From the NCBI GenBank assembly GCA_002099625.1, contig GCA_002099625.1_4857.1: 64,000 nucleotides of DNA, one strand, 5' to 3'. This stretch comes from Escherichia coli. Lineage in GTDB: Bacteria > Pseudomonadota > Gammaproteobacteria > Enterobacterales > Enterobacteriaceae. Both the position numbers and the translations under genes were made by a program. The notes below the pieces were generated by a model. The model was not told the DNA's origin, did no database searches, and saw nothing but the letters and a program-made list of their open reading frames with translations. Of the stretch, positions 8,868 to 19,926 are shown one piece after another; position 1 is the stretch's first letter; each line of letters opens with the position of its first letter.

Positions 8868-10975
8868 TTCATCCTCTGTCGTTGGATTAGCTCTTTCAAG
8901 CTTTCCATCGATGCGACGTTACGAACGTCAGTGTTGAGTTGAGAGACGAGCGCTTGAATACGATTCTTGTACATGAGCTGTTGTACCGGGTCGGCCACAA
9001 CTTGACTCTGTCTAATCATCGTTTCAATTTGCCCCATCAGTTGTTGTTGCTTTTCTTCTTCCTCGACTGCAGCCTCTTCATCGAATTCACCTGCCATGCC
9101 CCCGAGCATATTGCGGTTGCGCATCATCAGTCGGCTGTTACTTATACCGTAGTGGCCTAAGTTGTTGCCGAACAGAAGTAACCACATTGCCAGAAGCCAG
9201 GATATTACCAGGTCATCGTGACCGGATGCACGGTGGTCTATGCGCCCGTTTCGTTCGACGAGACCGAGGATTTGGTCGATCAATTCGCCTGACCGCAGTA
9301 AGTCCGCAGAAAGACGCAACGCCGTGGTAAATACTTCACCATACAACTTACGGCGTTTATCCTGGTCGGTTGAGAAACCGATGTATTTACGGAATTTGTC
9401 CCAGAAGCGCTCTGGACTGCCCACAGGGCCACGATGGAACTCTTTGTAAAGTTCATCGTTCCTTGAGTAATCCTGGGTCACTTTCACGTACAAACGACGA
9501 TGCAAATCGCGAACCTTAGATTGCAGCTGCAGTATGATGGCATCTGCTACCGAGGAGCCGGTAGACCGTCGTTCCAGAATGAGTACCGTGTTCGGATATT
9601 CGATCATGAAGTCTGCTAAGTGAATCGCAAACCCGATGACGTTTGTTTCGTTCACGGTGAGCTTGCCGGCATATTCGGCAGTGACAGAGTTGACGATTGA
9701 CATGGCAATGGCGTCCCGCCCCACGGCTTCGGAAGTATCCAAACCGATGATGTGGCGGTCTTGCATTTTAACCAGCATCTGTTCTTCAGTGTAATACCAA
9801 TCCGTTACGTAGTTGGAAGCAGAGATAATTTTCTGTGCTGCCCGAATACGCGAGGCGTTCATACGTCTTGCATCATCGCCTGAGAACGGTTTGTTGTAAC
9901 CACCGGTTGTCCATTCACCACCGAAGTCACGGCGGATTTGGTCTGGTGTACCTGGGGCGTTCGCAATCATATCTGCGAGTTCTTCGTCCGTAGTACCGAG
10001 CTGGCGGTGGTTGTATTTCACGTAGAACATGATACGTGGAATCTTCGCAGTAGAGCCTTTGCGAATCATGTCAATCAGTTGTGCACGAGTCGGAATGTCG
10101 ATATACCGTTCATCCCACGAAATCCCCGACGTCATCAGGCTGTACATGTACTCGCCTTCTTCTGTCGCCAAATCCCCAGGCGTTGTTGCGAAGACGTTGC
10201 CGTATGGAACACCTTCGGCTTCGTTAATACGACGCGCCGCGGTACCCGATGCTAGTGCAGCGGGGAGAATATGGTGGATGTTGTTGGTAAACGGTCCTTC
10301 ATCCGAGAACAGGCGTCCGGCTGTGAGTCCACGACCTACCCCGTTCGCAGCTTCCTTATCGTTTTGACCGATGCCGGTGATAAGTTTGTTGCCCTGCGCT
10401 AGACATGCAAATGTCTCACGGTTATCAGGATCGTCCGGGTGATGAGGCCAGAGGTAATCCGGTAACGCGTTACGCAGTTGCTTCATCTTGTTGATAGTTT
10501 CTTCACGCAGGGCAGGACCCTTCGTGATAAGAATCGTGCGTGAGTTCTCCAGGAAGCGCATCAGCCACAATAGCAATGCGGACATCCCGACAGTTTTACC
10601 ATGCTGACGGAGAAACTCGATAGCGGCGTCGATGTTGTTGAAGAAAATCCAGTACATCGAAAAGTTACCGCGGTCTAGACGAAACGGCATCCCGTTCTTT
10701 ACACCATCCGCAGGGACACGGACACATTCACGGAAGAAGTACCATGGGTTTTCCGCACACTCCGTAACAATCATCGCTTTTTGTTCGAGTGTTAAATCCG
10801 GACTGAACGGATCAACACCACGGAGTTCGGGATTGTGTAATGCCAGGTGGACGTACCAATGCTGGACACCTAATCCTTGTAGTGTTGTGGCGAATTGAAG
10901 GAAGTGCACGTTTGGTGTGACGTCGTCAACAATCGCCCCCGGATAGTGTCGCCAATCGTTTTTTCGCAGTATCAT
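8864..10975 (-). CDS. Terminase large subunit
   Basis: 703 aa; Walker A-like LRQHGKTVG, a pattern like T4 gp17 SRQLGKT; C-terminal nuclease-like IGLDTSEAVGRD and GHDDLVISW; GGAG ribosome-binding site before ATG at 10975. Confidence 0.8.
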   Translation of the reverse strand: MILRKNDWRHYPGAIVDDVTPNVHFLQFATTLQGLGVQHWYVHLALHNPELRGVDPFSPDLTLEQKAMIVTECAENPWYFFRECVRVPADGVKNGMPFRLDRGNFSMYWIFFNNIDAAIEFLRQHGKTVGMSALLLWLMRFLENSRTILITKGPALREETINKMKQLRNALPDYLWPHHPDDPDNRETFACLAQGNKLITGIGQNDKEAANGVGRGLTAGRLFSDEGPFTNNIHHILPAALASGTAARRINEAEGVPYGNVFATTPGDLATEEGEYMYSLMTSGISWDERYIDIPTRAQLIDMIRKGSTAKIPRIMFYVKYNHRQLGTTDEELADMIANAPGTPDQIRRDFGGEWTTGGYNKPFSGDDARRMNASRIRAAQKIISASNYVTDWYYTEEQMLVKMQDRHIIGLDTSEAVGRDAIAMSIVNSVTAEYAGKLTVNETNVIGFAIHLADFMIEYPNTVLILERRSTGSSVADAIILQLQSKVRDLHRRLYVKVTQDYSRNDELYKEFHRGPVGSPERFWDKFRKYIGFSTDQDKRRKLYGEVFTTALRLSADLLRSGELIDQILGLVERNGRIDHRASGHDDLVISWLLAMWLLLFGNNLGHYGISNSRLMMRNRNMLGGMAGEFDEEAAVEEEEKQQQLMGQIETMIRQSQVVADPVQQLMYKNRIQALVSQLNTDVRNVASMESLKELIQRQRMK

Positions 10976-10987
10976 ACAATCTCCATA

Positions 10988-11011
10988 CCTCCACCCCCGA
11001 AGGGGTGGAGG
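10988..11011 (-). other. Intergenic GC hairpin with UUCG tetraloop (RNA), no U-tract
   Basis: cctccacccc-cgaa-ggggtggagg between the 547-aa gene stop and the terminase ribosome-binding site. Confidence 0.4.
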
Positions 11012-11019
11012 AAGGTTTG

Positions 11020-12663
11020 TTACTCGATGTGGTGCGCCAGCATTGGCGTAGCCGCGAGGTTAAGCGTATCCGTAGGAGTGCGACGAATCCAGCGAATAAC
11101 TAACGAATCGTCCAGAGCGATACGATAATCTACCGTTTGCTCATTTAACCACTCATCGATGCTGTGGGTGTAAACCTTACCACCGACATGCACCTCAAAG
11201 TGTGTAGGCTCGGGAGCCTCAGATTCATTACGACGATCGTAGAGTGGATAAATCGGCTCGTACAGCGCTTTAAGCCACTCGGCTTTAGAGGCACAACCAC
11301 AACGAAGGTTCAGCGTGGAGTAGTTGACGTTAGAGTATTTGAACTCCGCCCAAATTTCATTACCGTAGACCAGCCCATCAGGCAGGTACTCGATAAGGAA
11401 GTTGGTATTCAACTCGTTACCTGGGTTCACTAACGTGATGGCGAAAGACTGCGCCTGGATGAATGCGCGGAATTGTGGATTTACTTTGCTGATATCCACC
11501 TGCACATTCAGACGCTGTTTCACACCCATCAACAGTGGGTCGAATGTAGTCCCTGTGGTGTACTGGATGTTTGCGGTCGCGTCGTAGACTTGGCCGCGTG
11601 TCAGGTTGTACAGCAGGAACGACAGACGATAACCACGGTTCGCATCCAACCAACGCGGAACCACAAACAGCTTCATGGAATAAGCACCATCGACTGTTTC
11701 GGTTACAGCGGTGTAGTCTTTGACAATTGTGTCTTTAACAATGTCAGTACCACCGTAGGTTTCACCACGGGCCAACTGATAGCTTAACTGGCAAGGTAGC
11801 TCATTACCGGCGTTTGACGCAATGTAGAACGTGTCGTGAGCACCAGAGTTACGCAGACCGTTAAATTTCACACGCGAACCATCGATAGGCAGGCGTTTGG
11901 TTCCGTCGCTGTACTGGATGTCGCACCACAACGGAATAGATTCCAGTGGGATGTTAATCGGCAGTGTCAGCGTAGTACCATTGTCGTCTACCAGGAACGG
12001 CGAAACCAGTTTAATGCCCAGCACAGTACGAGACGGTGTCTCTTGCGCCATCACCAGGTTGGTCTTGATGATGTGGCCGTGGGCGATCTGAACAACGTTA
12101 CCGACGTCAGAGTAAACCAGGAAAGTACACTCTTCACCGTTACTGACTTCGGCCAGACAGCTGCCAGGAATCGCTTGTTTCACCACAGTTTCTGCGTCAG
12201 CTGCACTGATGGTCTGCACCGGCAGATAGTTCTTTTTCAGAACCCCGTCTTTGTAATACCCAGACAGGATTTCTGCAGCATCGTTTACAGATGAGCCACG
12301 CAGGATACGCACACCATCGATATCAGGACCGTTGAAAGTGACGGCATCATCGATAACCATCGTCGGTGGAAGTTTGGTGCTGTCCACGTAGACGCGATAT
12401 TTGTCAGAGCGTAATGGGTAGTGGCCATTAAGACGCCCGTCTTGGTTTGCCACACCAACGCCGCCGAACGGTTCTGTTTCCCACGACGGTACCGAATAGT
12501 TCACGCTAACCACACGGTCAAAGCCGGAGGTCATGTCGTTCACGATGAGGTCGCGTGGGTTAGGTACGTAACCTGTTGGTTTGTTTGGTTCGTACAATTC
12601 ACTCGGGTCCCAGACTTCGAACCCGCGATCCTTGTCGATTAATTTGGACGCAATCTTCGCCAT
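11020..12663 (-). CDS. Hypothetical protein, possibly virion structural (547 aa)
   Basis: Long ORF tightly coupled to the upstream gene (stop 12666, start 12663). Confidence 0.6.
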   Translation of the reverse strand: MAKIASKLIDKDRGFEVWDPSELYEPNKPTGYVPNPRDLIVNDMTSGFDRVVSVNYSVPSWETEPFGGVGVANQDGRLNGHYPLRSDKYRVYVDSTKLPPTMVIDDAVTFNGPDIDGVRILRGSSVNDAAEILSGYYKDGVLKKNYLPVQTISAADAETVVKQAIPGSCLAEVSNGEECTFLVYSDVGNVVQIAHGHIIKTNLVMAQETPSRTVLGIKLVSPFLVDDNGTTLTLPINIPLESIPLWCDIQYSDGTKRLPIDGSRVKFNGLRNSGAHDTFYIASNAGNELPCQLSYQLARGETYGGTDIVKDTIVKDYTAVTETVDGAYSMKLFVVPRWLDANRGYRLSFLLYNLTRGQVYDATANIQYTTGTTFDPLLMGVKQRLNVQVDISKVNPQFRAFIQAQSFAITLVNPGNELNTNFLIEYLPDGLVYGNEIWAEFKYSNVNYSTLNLRCGCASKAEWLKALYEPIYPLYDRRNESEAPEPTHFEVHVGGKVYTHSIDEWLNEQTVDYRIALDDSLVIRWIRRTPTDTLNLAATPMLAHHIE

Positions 12664-12665
12664 GA

Positions 12666-15179
12666 TTAACCCTTGATTATCAGATACTGATTAAGCTGCA
12701 CTTCGCCATTCAGATAACGTTCATTGACGCGGTCTAAGAAGGCAAAGCCAAGTTCGTTGATTTCTACCGTTTCGTACTTCACATGCGGATGCAGTTTCAC
12801 AAACGCTTTATCGTAACCGATATAAGCCGGGTCAAACGGCAGGAGGTCTTTATAACGCTCCATGATGTTATCCAGCTGCGACGTCGAAATACGATACTCT
12901 GGATCGTCTTCCCGTAGAATCAGAATACCTTGTAAGTAGTCCCACAAGATTTTGTTCAGGGTTGGCGAGTAGAGATGATACAGATACGGCAACGGTACCG
13001 GGTTAACCGGCGGTGGTGTTGGGAACCAGTTAGACAAATAAGCCTCAACGCGTGTGTCCAAATCGCGGGCAGTGTCGCGCAACTTGTAAGTATCGCCGCT
13101 TACCAACGTCCGTAACGGAATAGTCGGATCGTCGACTGAGTACGGGAACCCGTCTTGTACGATATCGACACCTACAGTGTTGTCTTCACGGAACACGACT
13201 TCGTCACGCAGTAACAGTGAACCACCACCCACAACGCGAATTACTTTGTCATCACGACAATCAAACTGATTGTTGTTAGACAGCAGTCCGCTTGACACGA
13301 AACCGTGTTTAGGAATACGGAGTTCACCGGTCACACCACGACAACGCACTGAGATTTTGTTGGTATCCCCGTCCGCCATCCAAGCTTTGCACACCACCAC
13401 GATTTCCGGCCAGCGGGTATGATAGTCAATCCCATGAACCAGCGGGTGGTTGTTCAACCACACTTCGACCGTTTCCATTGGTAACCACAGCGTGCGCTGC
13501 TGCCCGTCTTGGTTGCGTGCTACAATCGGAATACGTATCTGACCTTCCGATACTTTAACCTCCACTTCGAAGAACAAATGGAGGTCGTCGTAAATCACGG
13601 TCGGGTGACGTCGTGTCCGATCTACGGTCCAGGTGATTTTGTTTCCGTCGCGTGTGTAATCCGTTCCTTCCTCGGCTTTGTAGTAATCGTTGGTCGGAAC
13701 TTCCCCGATGACCATTCGAATCCACAGTCCAACGTTCGAACCTGGCTCAATTTCAAAGTCGGGAGCGTTGTCAACAATCTTCACCGCATCTGAGACTTCA
13801 CCTGCAATTGCCTCAATGATTCGTGCTTCCGGATTGCGAGGGATGTAAACATCGTAGCCTGCATTACGGTGATGCTCTAACAGCAACCCATCGGCATCGT
13901 ATTCGTATACAGTCGACAATGTTGCCAGTAGGTCAGGCAAAATACCACGATAACCGCCAGAGGTAAGTTCCAGACGCTGCGGTGTGTCGGCGCTGTAACG
14001 TGCAGCAGCGTTGTAGCCGTACGCATCAGTGCAAAGATCGCGCGTGATGTTCCGGAGTTTGGCCGCCGCTAACCGATTCGCTGCCGATTCTTCGAGCGCT
14101 GCTGCGGTCCACTCTGGTACGTTGGAGTTTGCCCCCACCATCGCACCGATGATTTGCTCGTCGCTAAGACGATAGAGATCATGCGTGTGGGTGGAATTAT
14201 ACAGCGGCTTCAGGTCAAGGAAATCGTCGCGTATCAATAAACGAATCGTTAGTTCGTCGATATCATTCATCGGGGTGTTGAACGCGGTGCGGTACTTCGA
14301 AATCCGCATCGAAGGAATCGATAGATCGTTCCACGTCAATTGTCGTACGGCCAGATGGCGGTGGCGATGGTAGTAACGTCCCTCGCCTTTCCACAACAAC
14401 TGAATTTCACAATCGCTGTTGAAAATCCAAATGCCATCCCCTTTTGGAATGTGCAGCAGGTATTTTCGTGTTTGGTCAAGCGTTGAGTAGAACGTTTGCA
14501 AATCCCCACAACGGTATTCAATCACACGACGAATACGCCCATCGACACGGATTTCAACATCGTCCCACGCTTTGATATCCGCGGGCTTAGGATCAGCAAT
14601 CATCTTTCCGTTTACCCAGAAATCGACATAGCCGATTTTCTGGCCTTTCAACAGATTATAACGGTCTAAGACGATCTGGATCTGTTGTGGGTTCGGCGGA
14701 TTATACGGTTCGATGAACGTCGGTTTAACAACAGGAGCGTTTTCGCCGCCATCATTACCAGCATAAATGCGCAGATAACACGGCGTGTCGTCTAACCACT
14801 TGTAGCGTTCCGTTTGCGGAATCGCCATGTAAATCTGACCAGAGAGTGTCCGCCAGAAATACACAGAGTTCGACGGGATAATTGTCCCATCTTCGTTGTA
14901 CACCTGCATCCACGCATGGAAGTTATTTACACACGTAGTAAGTTTCTTCCAGCGCTCAGGAGGGATACTCAAGTTGCCGTAGTTGAGGTGGAGCTTGTCA
15001 ATTACAAACGCGTGCCACCACCCCTCGCCCGGTAAAGGAATCGGATTACGCCCGTGCTTGAAAAACCCGATCGCTCCGGTCTTTTCAGTTAATCGAAAAG
15101 GCGCAATGTTCAACACCCCATCGAGGTACGGACGCTGCCACGCATTTTTAACGGCGTGAGCGACCAGCCAGTTCTCCAT
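12666..15179 (-). CDS. Hypothetical large protein, possibly virion structural (837 aa)
   Basis: Long ORF; AAGAGG ribosome-binding site before ATG at 15179. Confidence 0.65.
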   Translation of the reverse strand: MENWLVAHAVKNAWQRPYLDGVLNIAPFRLTEKTGAIGFFKHGRNPIPLPGEGWWHAFVIDKLHLNYGNLSIPPERWKKLTTCVNNFHAWMQVYNEDGTIIPSNSVYFWRTLSGQIYMAIPQTERYKWLDDTPCYLRIYAGNDGGENAPVVKPTFIEPYNPPNPQQIQIVLDRYNLLKGQKIGYVDFWVNGKMIADPKPADIKAWDDVEIRVDGRIRRVIEYRCGDLQTFYSTLDQTRKYLLHIPKGDGIWIFNSDCEIQLLWKGEGRYYHRHRHLAVRQLTWNDLSIPSMRISKYRTAFNTPMNDIDELTIRLLIRDDFLDLKPLYNSTHTHDLYRLSDEQIIGAMVGANSNVPEWTAAALEESAANRLAAAKLRNITRDLCTDAYGYNAAARYSADTPQRLELTSGGYRGILPDLLATLSTVYEYDADGLLLEHHRNAGYDVYIPRNPEARIIEAIAGEVSDAVKIVDNAPDFEIEPGSNVGLWIRMVIGEVPTNDYYKAEEGTDYTRDGNKITWTVDRTRRHPTVIYDDLHLFFEVEVKVSEGQIRIPIVARNQDGQQRTLWLPMETVEVWLNNHPLVHGIDYHTRWPEIVVVCKAWMADGDTNKISVRCRGVTGELRIPKHGFVSSGLLSNNNQFDCRDDKVIRVVGGGSLLLRDEVVFREDNTVGVDIVQDGFPYSVDDPTIPLRTLVSGDTYKLRDTARDLDTRVEAYLSNWFPTPPPVNPVPLPYLYHLYSPTLNKILWDYLQGILILREDDPEYRISTSQLDNIMERYKDLLPFDPAYIGYDKAFVKLHPHVKYETVEINELGFAFLDRVNERYLNGEVQLNQYLIIKG

Positions 15180-15189
15180 AGTGGGCCTC

Positions 15190-16095
15190 TTACTTGATGT
15201 TCAGTGGTTTGGTGTTTTGATTCAACAGAAGGTTGTAAGTGAATTCAAACTTATCGCGTTTCTTAGCGGTGTCTGACTTCTTCACAATCCCACCTAACCG
15301 ACTGCGGTTAAACATGTTATTATCCAGACAAGCCTTAATCATAACGAAGAGACTAGGCGGATATTCGATGGCGCTGGTAGCGAGTTGTTTTTCATAACTC
15401 ACCCCGAAGAAGCTGGTATTCAACATCTGCTGCAGAGACAGAATGCTCAGGTCACGCACCCGCGGAGTGATATCTGCAGCCTGCACCATTTCGACGAATT
15501 CTGCGATATTACGCGGGAAAAGATATTCTGTGTGGCCTGTCACTGATTCAAACAGTTCCGCAGGTAAGCCTAATTGTTGCTCCAGCATCTGCTGCAAACG
15601 TAAAGCTTTCACATCATCTTCGACGTGATTATAGAACTGTCCCACAGAGAACAATGCAGCCAACGCTTTGATTTGCCCACTTTGATATGGAGCAAGTGCA
15701 AACGTGTGGGTAATCGCATCCGACACCCATTTGCTGAAAATCTCATGGTGGTAGGGCATCTGTGCCATCAGTGCAGCAAGCTTACCATTACTCCGTTTCC
15801 ACACCAATTCCCAGCGAGCCTGGTCGAGACGCAATGCGTGTTCGACTGGGTTTCGTATTTTTAGCTCGTTGGTCTTATCCAGCGTGGTAAACGTGGCTGC
15901 GTATACATAAACGTCGTCGCCGATAACAATCGGCAAAGGAAACGGTTTTACATCAGCGGTCTCAACAACGTAATGAACTTCATCGGACTGTGAGACAGTT
16001 TGGTTAAGTTTACGGGCTAATTCCAGGTCTGCCTTGGTGCGAGTAAGGTCAAGTGCATTAAAGGGATTACCGCTGTAAGCGTTTTCGAGTGCCAT
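15190..16095 (-). CDS. Hypothetical protein (301 aa from MALENAYSG)
   Basis: ORF 15190..16257; AAGGA ribosome-binding site precedes ATG at 16095; the longer form would overlap the divergent gene start at 16153. Confidence 0.55.
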   Translation of the reverse strand: MALENAYSGNPFNALDLTRTKADLELARKLNQTVSQSDEVHYVVETADVKPFPLPIVIGDDVYVYAATFTTLDKTNELKIRNPVEHALRLDQARWELVWKRSNGKLAALMAQMPYHHEIFSKWVSDAITHTFALAPYQSGQIKALAALFSVGQFYNHVEDDVKALRLQQMLEQQLGLPAELFESVTGHTEYLFPRNIAEFVEMVQAADITPRVRDLSILSLQQMLNTSFFGVSYEKQLATSAIEYPPSLFVMIKACLDNNMFNRSRLGGIVKKSDTAKKRDKFEFTYNLLLNQNTKPLNIK

Positions 16096-16152
16096 GAGTA
16101 TGATCCTTAGTATGACCATCAGGTCTTTAAGACGAATATATGGAGACGTTCC

Positions 16153-18198
16153 ATGACTTTTATTCCACGAAACGGCGCGCCGTTGAATAACAAGCAAGGT
16201 TGGCAGGATAACTCTGTCCCCGAGCTTGTGCGTACCCCTACGGGTGACGCAATTCATAAGCCGCTGATCTTCACCTTTGCCGCGCGCGGGGTAGACAACG
16301 AGGCGTTCCCGTTAACCGGGGATAATGCACTGTCTCTGCTTGGTCGCAATGTCTTTGACTTGCGAGGCCCCTACGCGACGTTCAACACGCCCTATCAGGC
16401 GATGTTCAACGCTAACGCAAACGAGTGTATGTATCAGCGCTTGATCCCTGAAGATGCGAAAACCGCAAGTGTTCGCGTATTCGCCGACGTACTCGAAACG
16501 AAAGTTCCGTCCTACGAACGCGACAGCAACGGGATCGTTCAGTACGACAACTCGGGCAAGCCCAAGATCAAAGAACAAGTTGACGGTTTGGTAATCGTCT
16601 TCCGTTCTGTCGTAATCGACGAAACTACCCCGGCCATCGGCGCAGGTGTGGTTATCGAGGGGACGATGACTGGCGAAGGCGGCACGAAATCGAAGCTGTA
16701 TCCGTTGTTCGATATCGCAGGCCCGTATGCGGGTGCTGACGTCAACGGTTTCGGTTTCAAACTGATCCCACTCAGCGAGAAATCCAGCCCGGCTCTGACC
16801 TCCTCCTATCAAAATGAAGTCGGTGGTCGTGTTTACACCCTGCAATGGTTCGAAACCCTGGCAGGCGTGACTTCTCCGGTAGTGTGGAAAACTCTCACTG
16901 GCATGAGTAGCATCAATTTTAGCTTTAAGCCCGATGCATACTATCAGCCGATGAGAACGCAACTCGACTTCGAAGTTGTTGTTGCGGATGCATATCGTCA
17001 GACGATGCCTGACATTGGCGAGCTGCCAGATTATGGTCCTTTCGAGCAGTTCTATCTGTATCGCGAGAACCTGGAAACTGTACTGGGCTTGGCTCAGGCC
17101 GCTATCACAACTGATGCGCCTGCTGACCCGTATATGGTTGACATCTTTGGCGGCTATGATTTACTGGGCCAGCCTTACGATGGTCTTCAGGTAAACCCGG
17201 CTACTGAAACCGGTAAAGTTGTGTTCTCCGCATCCAACATCCACTACCTGCAAGGTGGTAGCGATGGTACCATGAACAACGACGTTTACGACGAACTCGT
17301 TCGCCGTGAAATGCTGCTGTTCCCGGATGGCGGTAAAGTCCGTTACGACAACGAGCTGAAATACTCGCTGGGTTGTTTCTGGGACTCTGGCTTTAGCTTC
17401 GATACTAAAGCTGCGCTCGTGAACTTCATCGGTCGTTCACGTAACACCTTCTTGACGCTGGCGACTCACGTTCACAACCAAGGTCGTAACGATGAGCAGA
17501 CAGAAGAAAGTGCAAAAATCGCCCTGATCGAATTGATCACTGCGGTACCGGAATCTGCCTATTACGGTACTCCGGCTGCACGTGGTATGGTCACTGGCCA
17601 ATCGGCGTTCATCAAGAACTCTTCCTACAAGAAGCCTGTTCCGATGAACTATTCCCTGGCGAACTTCTTCTCGAAGTACCTGGGTGCTGCTGAAGGTCGT
17701 GCAAAACCGGCTTATCGTTTCAGCCGTGGCGAACTGACGATTATCGAAGATCTGACTGACCTGAGTATGCCGTGGAAAGGCAACGAAGTGTATGCATCTG
17801 ACTGGGATGTGTCGCTGATCACTGCCCGTTCCTACGACTACTATCGCTTGTTCATTCCGGCGATTCAGTCAATCTACAGCGAAGATCGTTCTGTACTGAA
17901 CAACGCCCTGTTCAACTTCATGATGACCTACGTCTATCGTGTTTCCGACCGTGTATGGGCGGACATGTCTGGCGAAGCGGCCATGACGGATGATGAACGT
18001 GCGAAGATGATTGAGAACAAAATTATCGAACGTCTGGAAGGCCGTCTCGATAACGTTGCTGTTGTCACTCCGAAGGCGTACTTCACTGCAGACGATAAAT
18101 CCAATGGTTACTCTGTGACGCTGGACCTGATCGCTGAAGGCGGTGTGCTGCTCACCCAGTTCAACACCACTATCAAAGTTTACCGTCGGGAGAGCTAA
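16153..18198 (+). CDS. Putative tail sheath protein (681 aa)
   Basis: Codon usage typical of highly expressed genes; size and gene order (followed after 3 nt by a 291-aa gene, then a strong terminator) fit a sheath-tube pair; functional call is inference only. Confidence 0.4.
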   Translation: MTFIPRNGAPLNNKQGWQDNSVPELVRTPTGDAIHKPLIFTFAARGVDNEAFPLTGDNALSLLGRNVFDLRGPYATFNTPYQAMFNANANECMYQRLIPEDAKTASVRVFADVLETKVPSYERDSNGIVQYDNSGKPKIKEQVDGLVIVFRSVVIDETTPAIGAGVVIEGTMTGEGGTKSKLYPLFDIAGPYAGADVNGFGFKLIPLSEKSSPALTSSYQNEVGGRVYTLQWFETLAGVTSPVVWKTLTGMSSINFSFKPDAYYQPMRTQLDFEVVVADAYRQTMPDIGELPDYGPFEQFYLYRENLETVLGLAQAAITTDAPADPYMVDIFGGYDLLGQPYDGLQVNPATETGKVVFSASNIHYLQGGSDGTMNNDVYDELVRREMLLFPDGGKVRYDNELKYSLGCFWDSGFSFDTKAALVNFIGRSRNTFLTLATHVHNQGRNDEQTEESAKIALIELITAVPESAYYGTPAARGMVTGQSAFIKNSSYKKPVPMNYSLANFFSKYLGAAEGRAKPAYRFSRGELTIIEDLTDLSMPWKGNEVYASDWDVSLITARSYDYYRLFIPAIQSIYSEDRSVLNNALFNFMMTYVYRVSDRVWADMSGEAAMTDDERAKMIENKIIERLEGRLDNVAVVTPKAYFTADDKSNGYSVTLDLIAEGGVLLTQFNTTIKVYRRES

Positions 18199-18201
18199 TA
18201 G

Positions 18202-19077
18202 ATGGCAATCAAAGATCGTCTCATTTTGCCTGATCAGGGTCTGCACGTCGACGGCGGCCAGTACGATATGGTCAACGCGTTCTCCTCGGGCCAAAACGGC
18301 CCGGTTGGACAGGTTGGCAAGTTCGTTACTAACGCCTCTCGTCTGCGTCGTAACGTCATTGCGCGTGTCATGGAATTCCCTCGTTGGGTGGATTACATGC
18401 CGAACCCGCAAATGTGGCGTCAGGCTATCAAGTCCTTTATCGAGGTTCACTCCGAGATTACTGGTCTGGATAAAACCCTGAGCCATGCGGCAGTTGAAAC
18501 TCAACAGGGCCGTAACAACCGCACCCAGTATGAAGCTGGTCTGGTAACGGAAGCACTGTCCTCTGTTACCTTCACCACCCCGGATAAACTCGGGAAGGTG
18601 TACCAGAACATGCTGTGGGCGTGGCTGGTTTACGGTGTTTGCGATCCCCAGACTGGTCACCCAGGCCTGGCCGCAATCAACCCGAACGTTCCTGACCACC
18701 TGCCGGATATGTACAGCATGACCGTGCTGTTCATCGAACCGGATGCATATCAGCGTAAACCGCAGAATGCGTGGTGGTTAACGAACATGATTCCGGAAAC
18801 CGCCGGCCAGGATATCGGTGAGCGTGAAACCAACACCGGTCCGCAGATTAACGAACTGTCAATCGCCTTTACCTCCCAGCAATGGACAGGTTGGGGTCCG
18901 ATGCAGGCTGCTGCGAAAGAGCTGGAGCGTATGAAGCTGTACGGTCTGCGTCCTTACGAGCGCAAACTGTGGCTTACTCCGTCTCAGCAGACCGATGGTA
19001 TCAACCCGGACGTCAACGCAACCCCAGGTGGCTACAACTCTGTCTCCGACGAGCAGATGGCCAACCAGATGCGCTAA
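18202..19077 (+). CDS. Putative tail tube protein (291 aa)
   Basis: Immediately follows the putative sheath gene; highly expressed codon usage; GGGAGAG ribosome-binding site. Confidence 0.35.
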   Translation: MAIKDRLILPDQGLHVDGGQYDMVNAFSSGQNGPVGQVGKFVTNASRLRRNVIARVMEFPRWVDYMPNPQMWRQAIKSFIEVHSEITGLDKTLSHAAVETQQGRNNRTQYEAGLVTEALSSVTFTTPDKLGKVYQNMLWAWLVYGVCDPQTGHPGLAAINPNVPDHLPDMYSMTVLFIEPDAYQRKPQNAWWLTNMIPETAGQDIGERETNTGPQINELSIAFTSQQWTGWGPMQAAAKELERMKLYGLRPYERKLWLTPSQQTDGINPDVNATPGGYNSVSDEQMANQMR

Positions 19078-19094
19078 GACAAAAAAACAAGCGT

Positions 19095-19133
19095 TACCTC
19101 TCTCCATTTGGAGAGAGGTACGTTTTATTTTTT
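19095..19133. terminator. Bidirectional rho-independent terminator
   Basis: Hairpin tacctctctcca-ttt-ggagagaggta followed by T-run 19123-19133 on plus; A-run 19081-19087 serves the convergent minus-strand gene. Confidence 0.6.
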
Positions 19134-19667
19134 CGGTTGGCCAGCATCAATTTCACGCTGCGCATTGGCACGAATCAGCAAGTTCTTGATTTGCAGCAAT
19201 AACAGATAGGTTACGAGCACATCGAATTCAGACGGTGGTTGAACATCACCCAAGTCAGGGTGGGCAATCTTCCAGAGAGACATCCCGTCTTTATAACCTT
19301 GCCCTGATTCTGCCGCGAGAATGTCGTTGGCGGACATGCTAATGAGTTCGTGTTCCAGCCGACGGAGTACATCGTCACCCAATTCTACCTGCAACAGACA
19401 TTTAAAGCGAATGATAAAACCCGCGATAATACGACCGCTACTACCTTTGGTGATCGTGTCGAGAAAACGTTGGTAGCCGTTGATGGTGTGCGGGATGATT
19501 TCAACCGGATATTCGGCAATGGTTTCGAAAGCATCTTCCAGTATAGCTTTCATGGACAACGTAAACACGTCACCGATCTGATTGATGTGGCGAATAATGT
19601 CTTCACGTTTCATATCAGATGGAATCGGTTTGATATCATCCTGACCGAGAGTATTAAGTTGCTTCAT
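19125..19667 (-). CDS. Hypothetical protein (180 aa from MKQLNTLGQ)
   Basis: ORF 19125..19748; GGAG ribosome-binding site before ATG at 19667. Confidence 0.55.
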   Translation of the reverse strand: MKQLNTLGQDDIKPIPSDMKREDIIRHINQIGDVFTLSMKAILEDAFETIAEYPVEIIPHTINGYQRFLDTITKGSSGRIIAGFIIRFKCLLQVELGDDVLRRLEHELISMSANDILAAESGQGYKDGMSLWKIAHPDLGDVQPPSEFDVLVTYLLLLQIKNLLIRANAQREIDAGQPKK

Positions 19668-19722
19668 TGTAGCTCCAAAATCAAAAAAAAATAGGGCAGT
19701 CATAAGACCACCCCATTGTTTA

Positions 19723-19926
19723 CTACTTCCGACCGTATAGCGAAGCAAGCCCTTCTAACTGCAGCGGCTTCGGCATAGGTTTAGGGAAGGTGACGGTGAG
19801 ACCGATTTCCTCGTGTGACGCAATGGTGCCATCCCAACGTAACCCAGTAGCAGGATTCACATTAGGATGACATTCCACTTTAGCCCCGAGTAGCTCAGCG
19901 AGTTCCTTTGGGCTGGACGGAATCAT
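19723..19926 (-). CDS. Small hypothetical protein (67 aa)
   Basis: ORF in co-directional block; start unverified. Confidence 0.35.
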   Translation of the reverse strand: MIPSSPKELAELLGAKVECHPNVNPATGLRWDGTIASHEEIGLTVTFPKPMPKPLQLEGLASLYGRK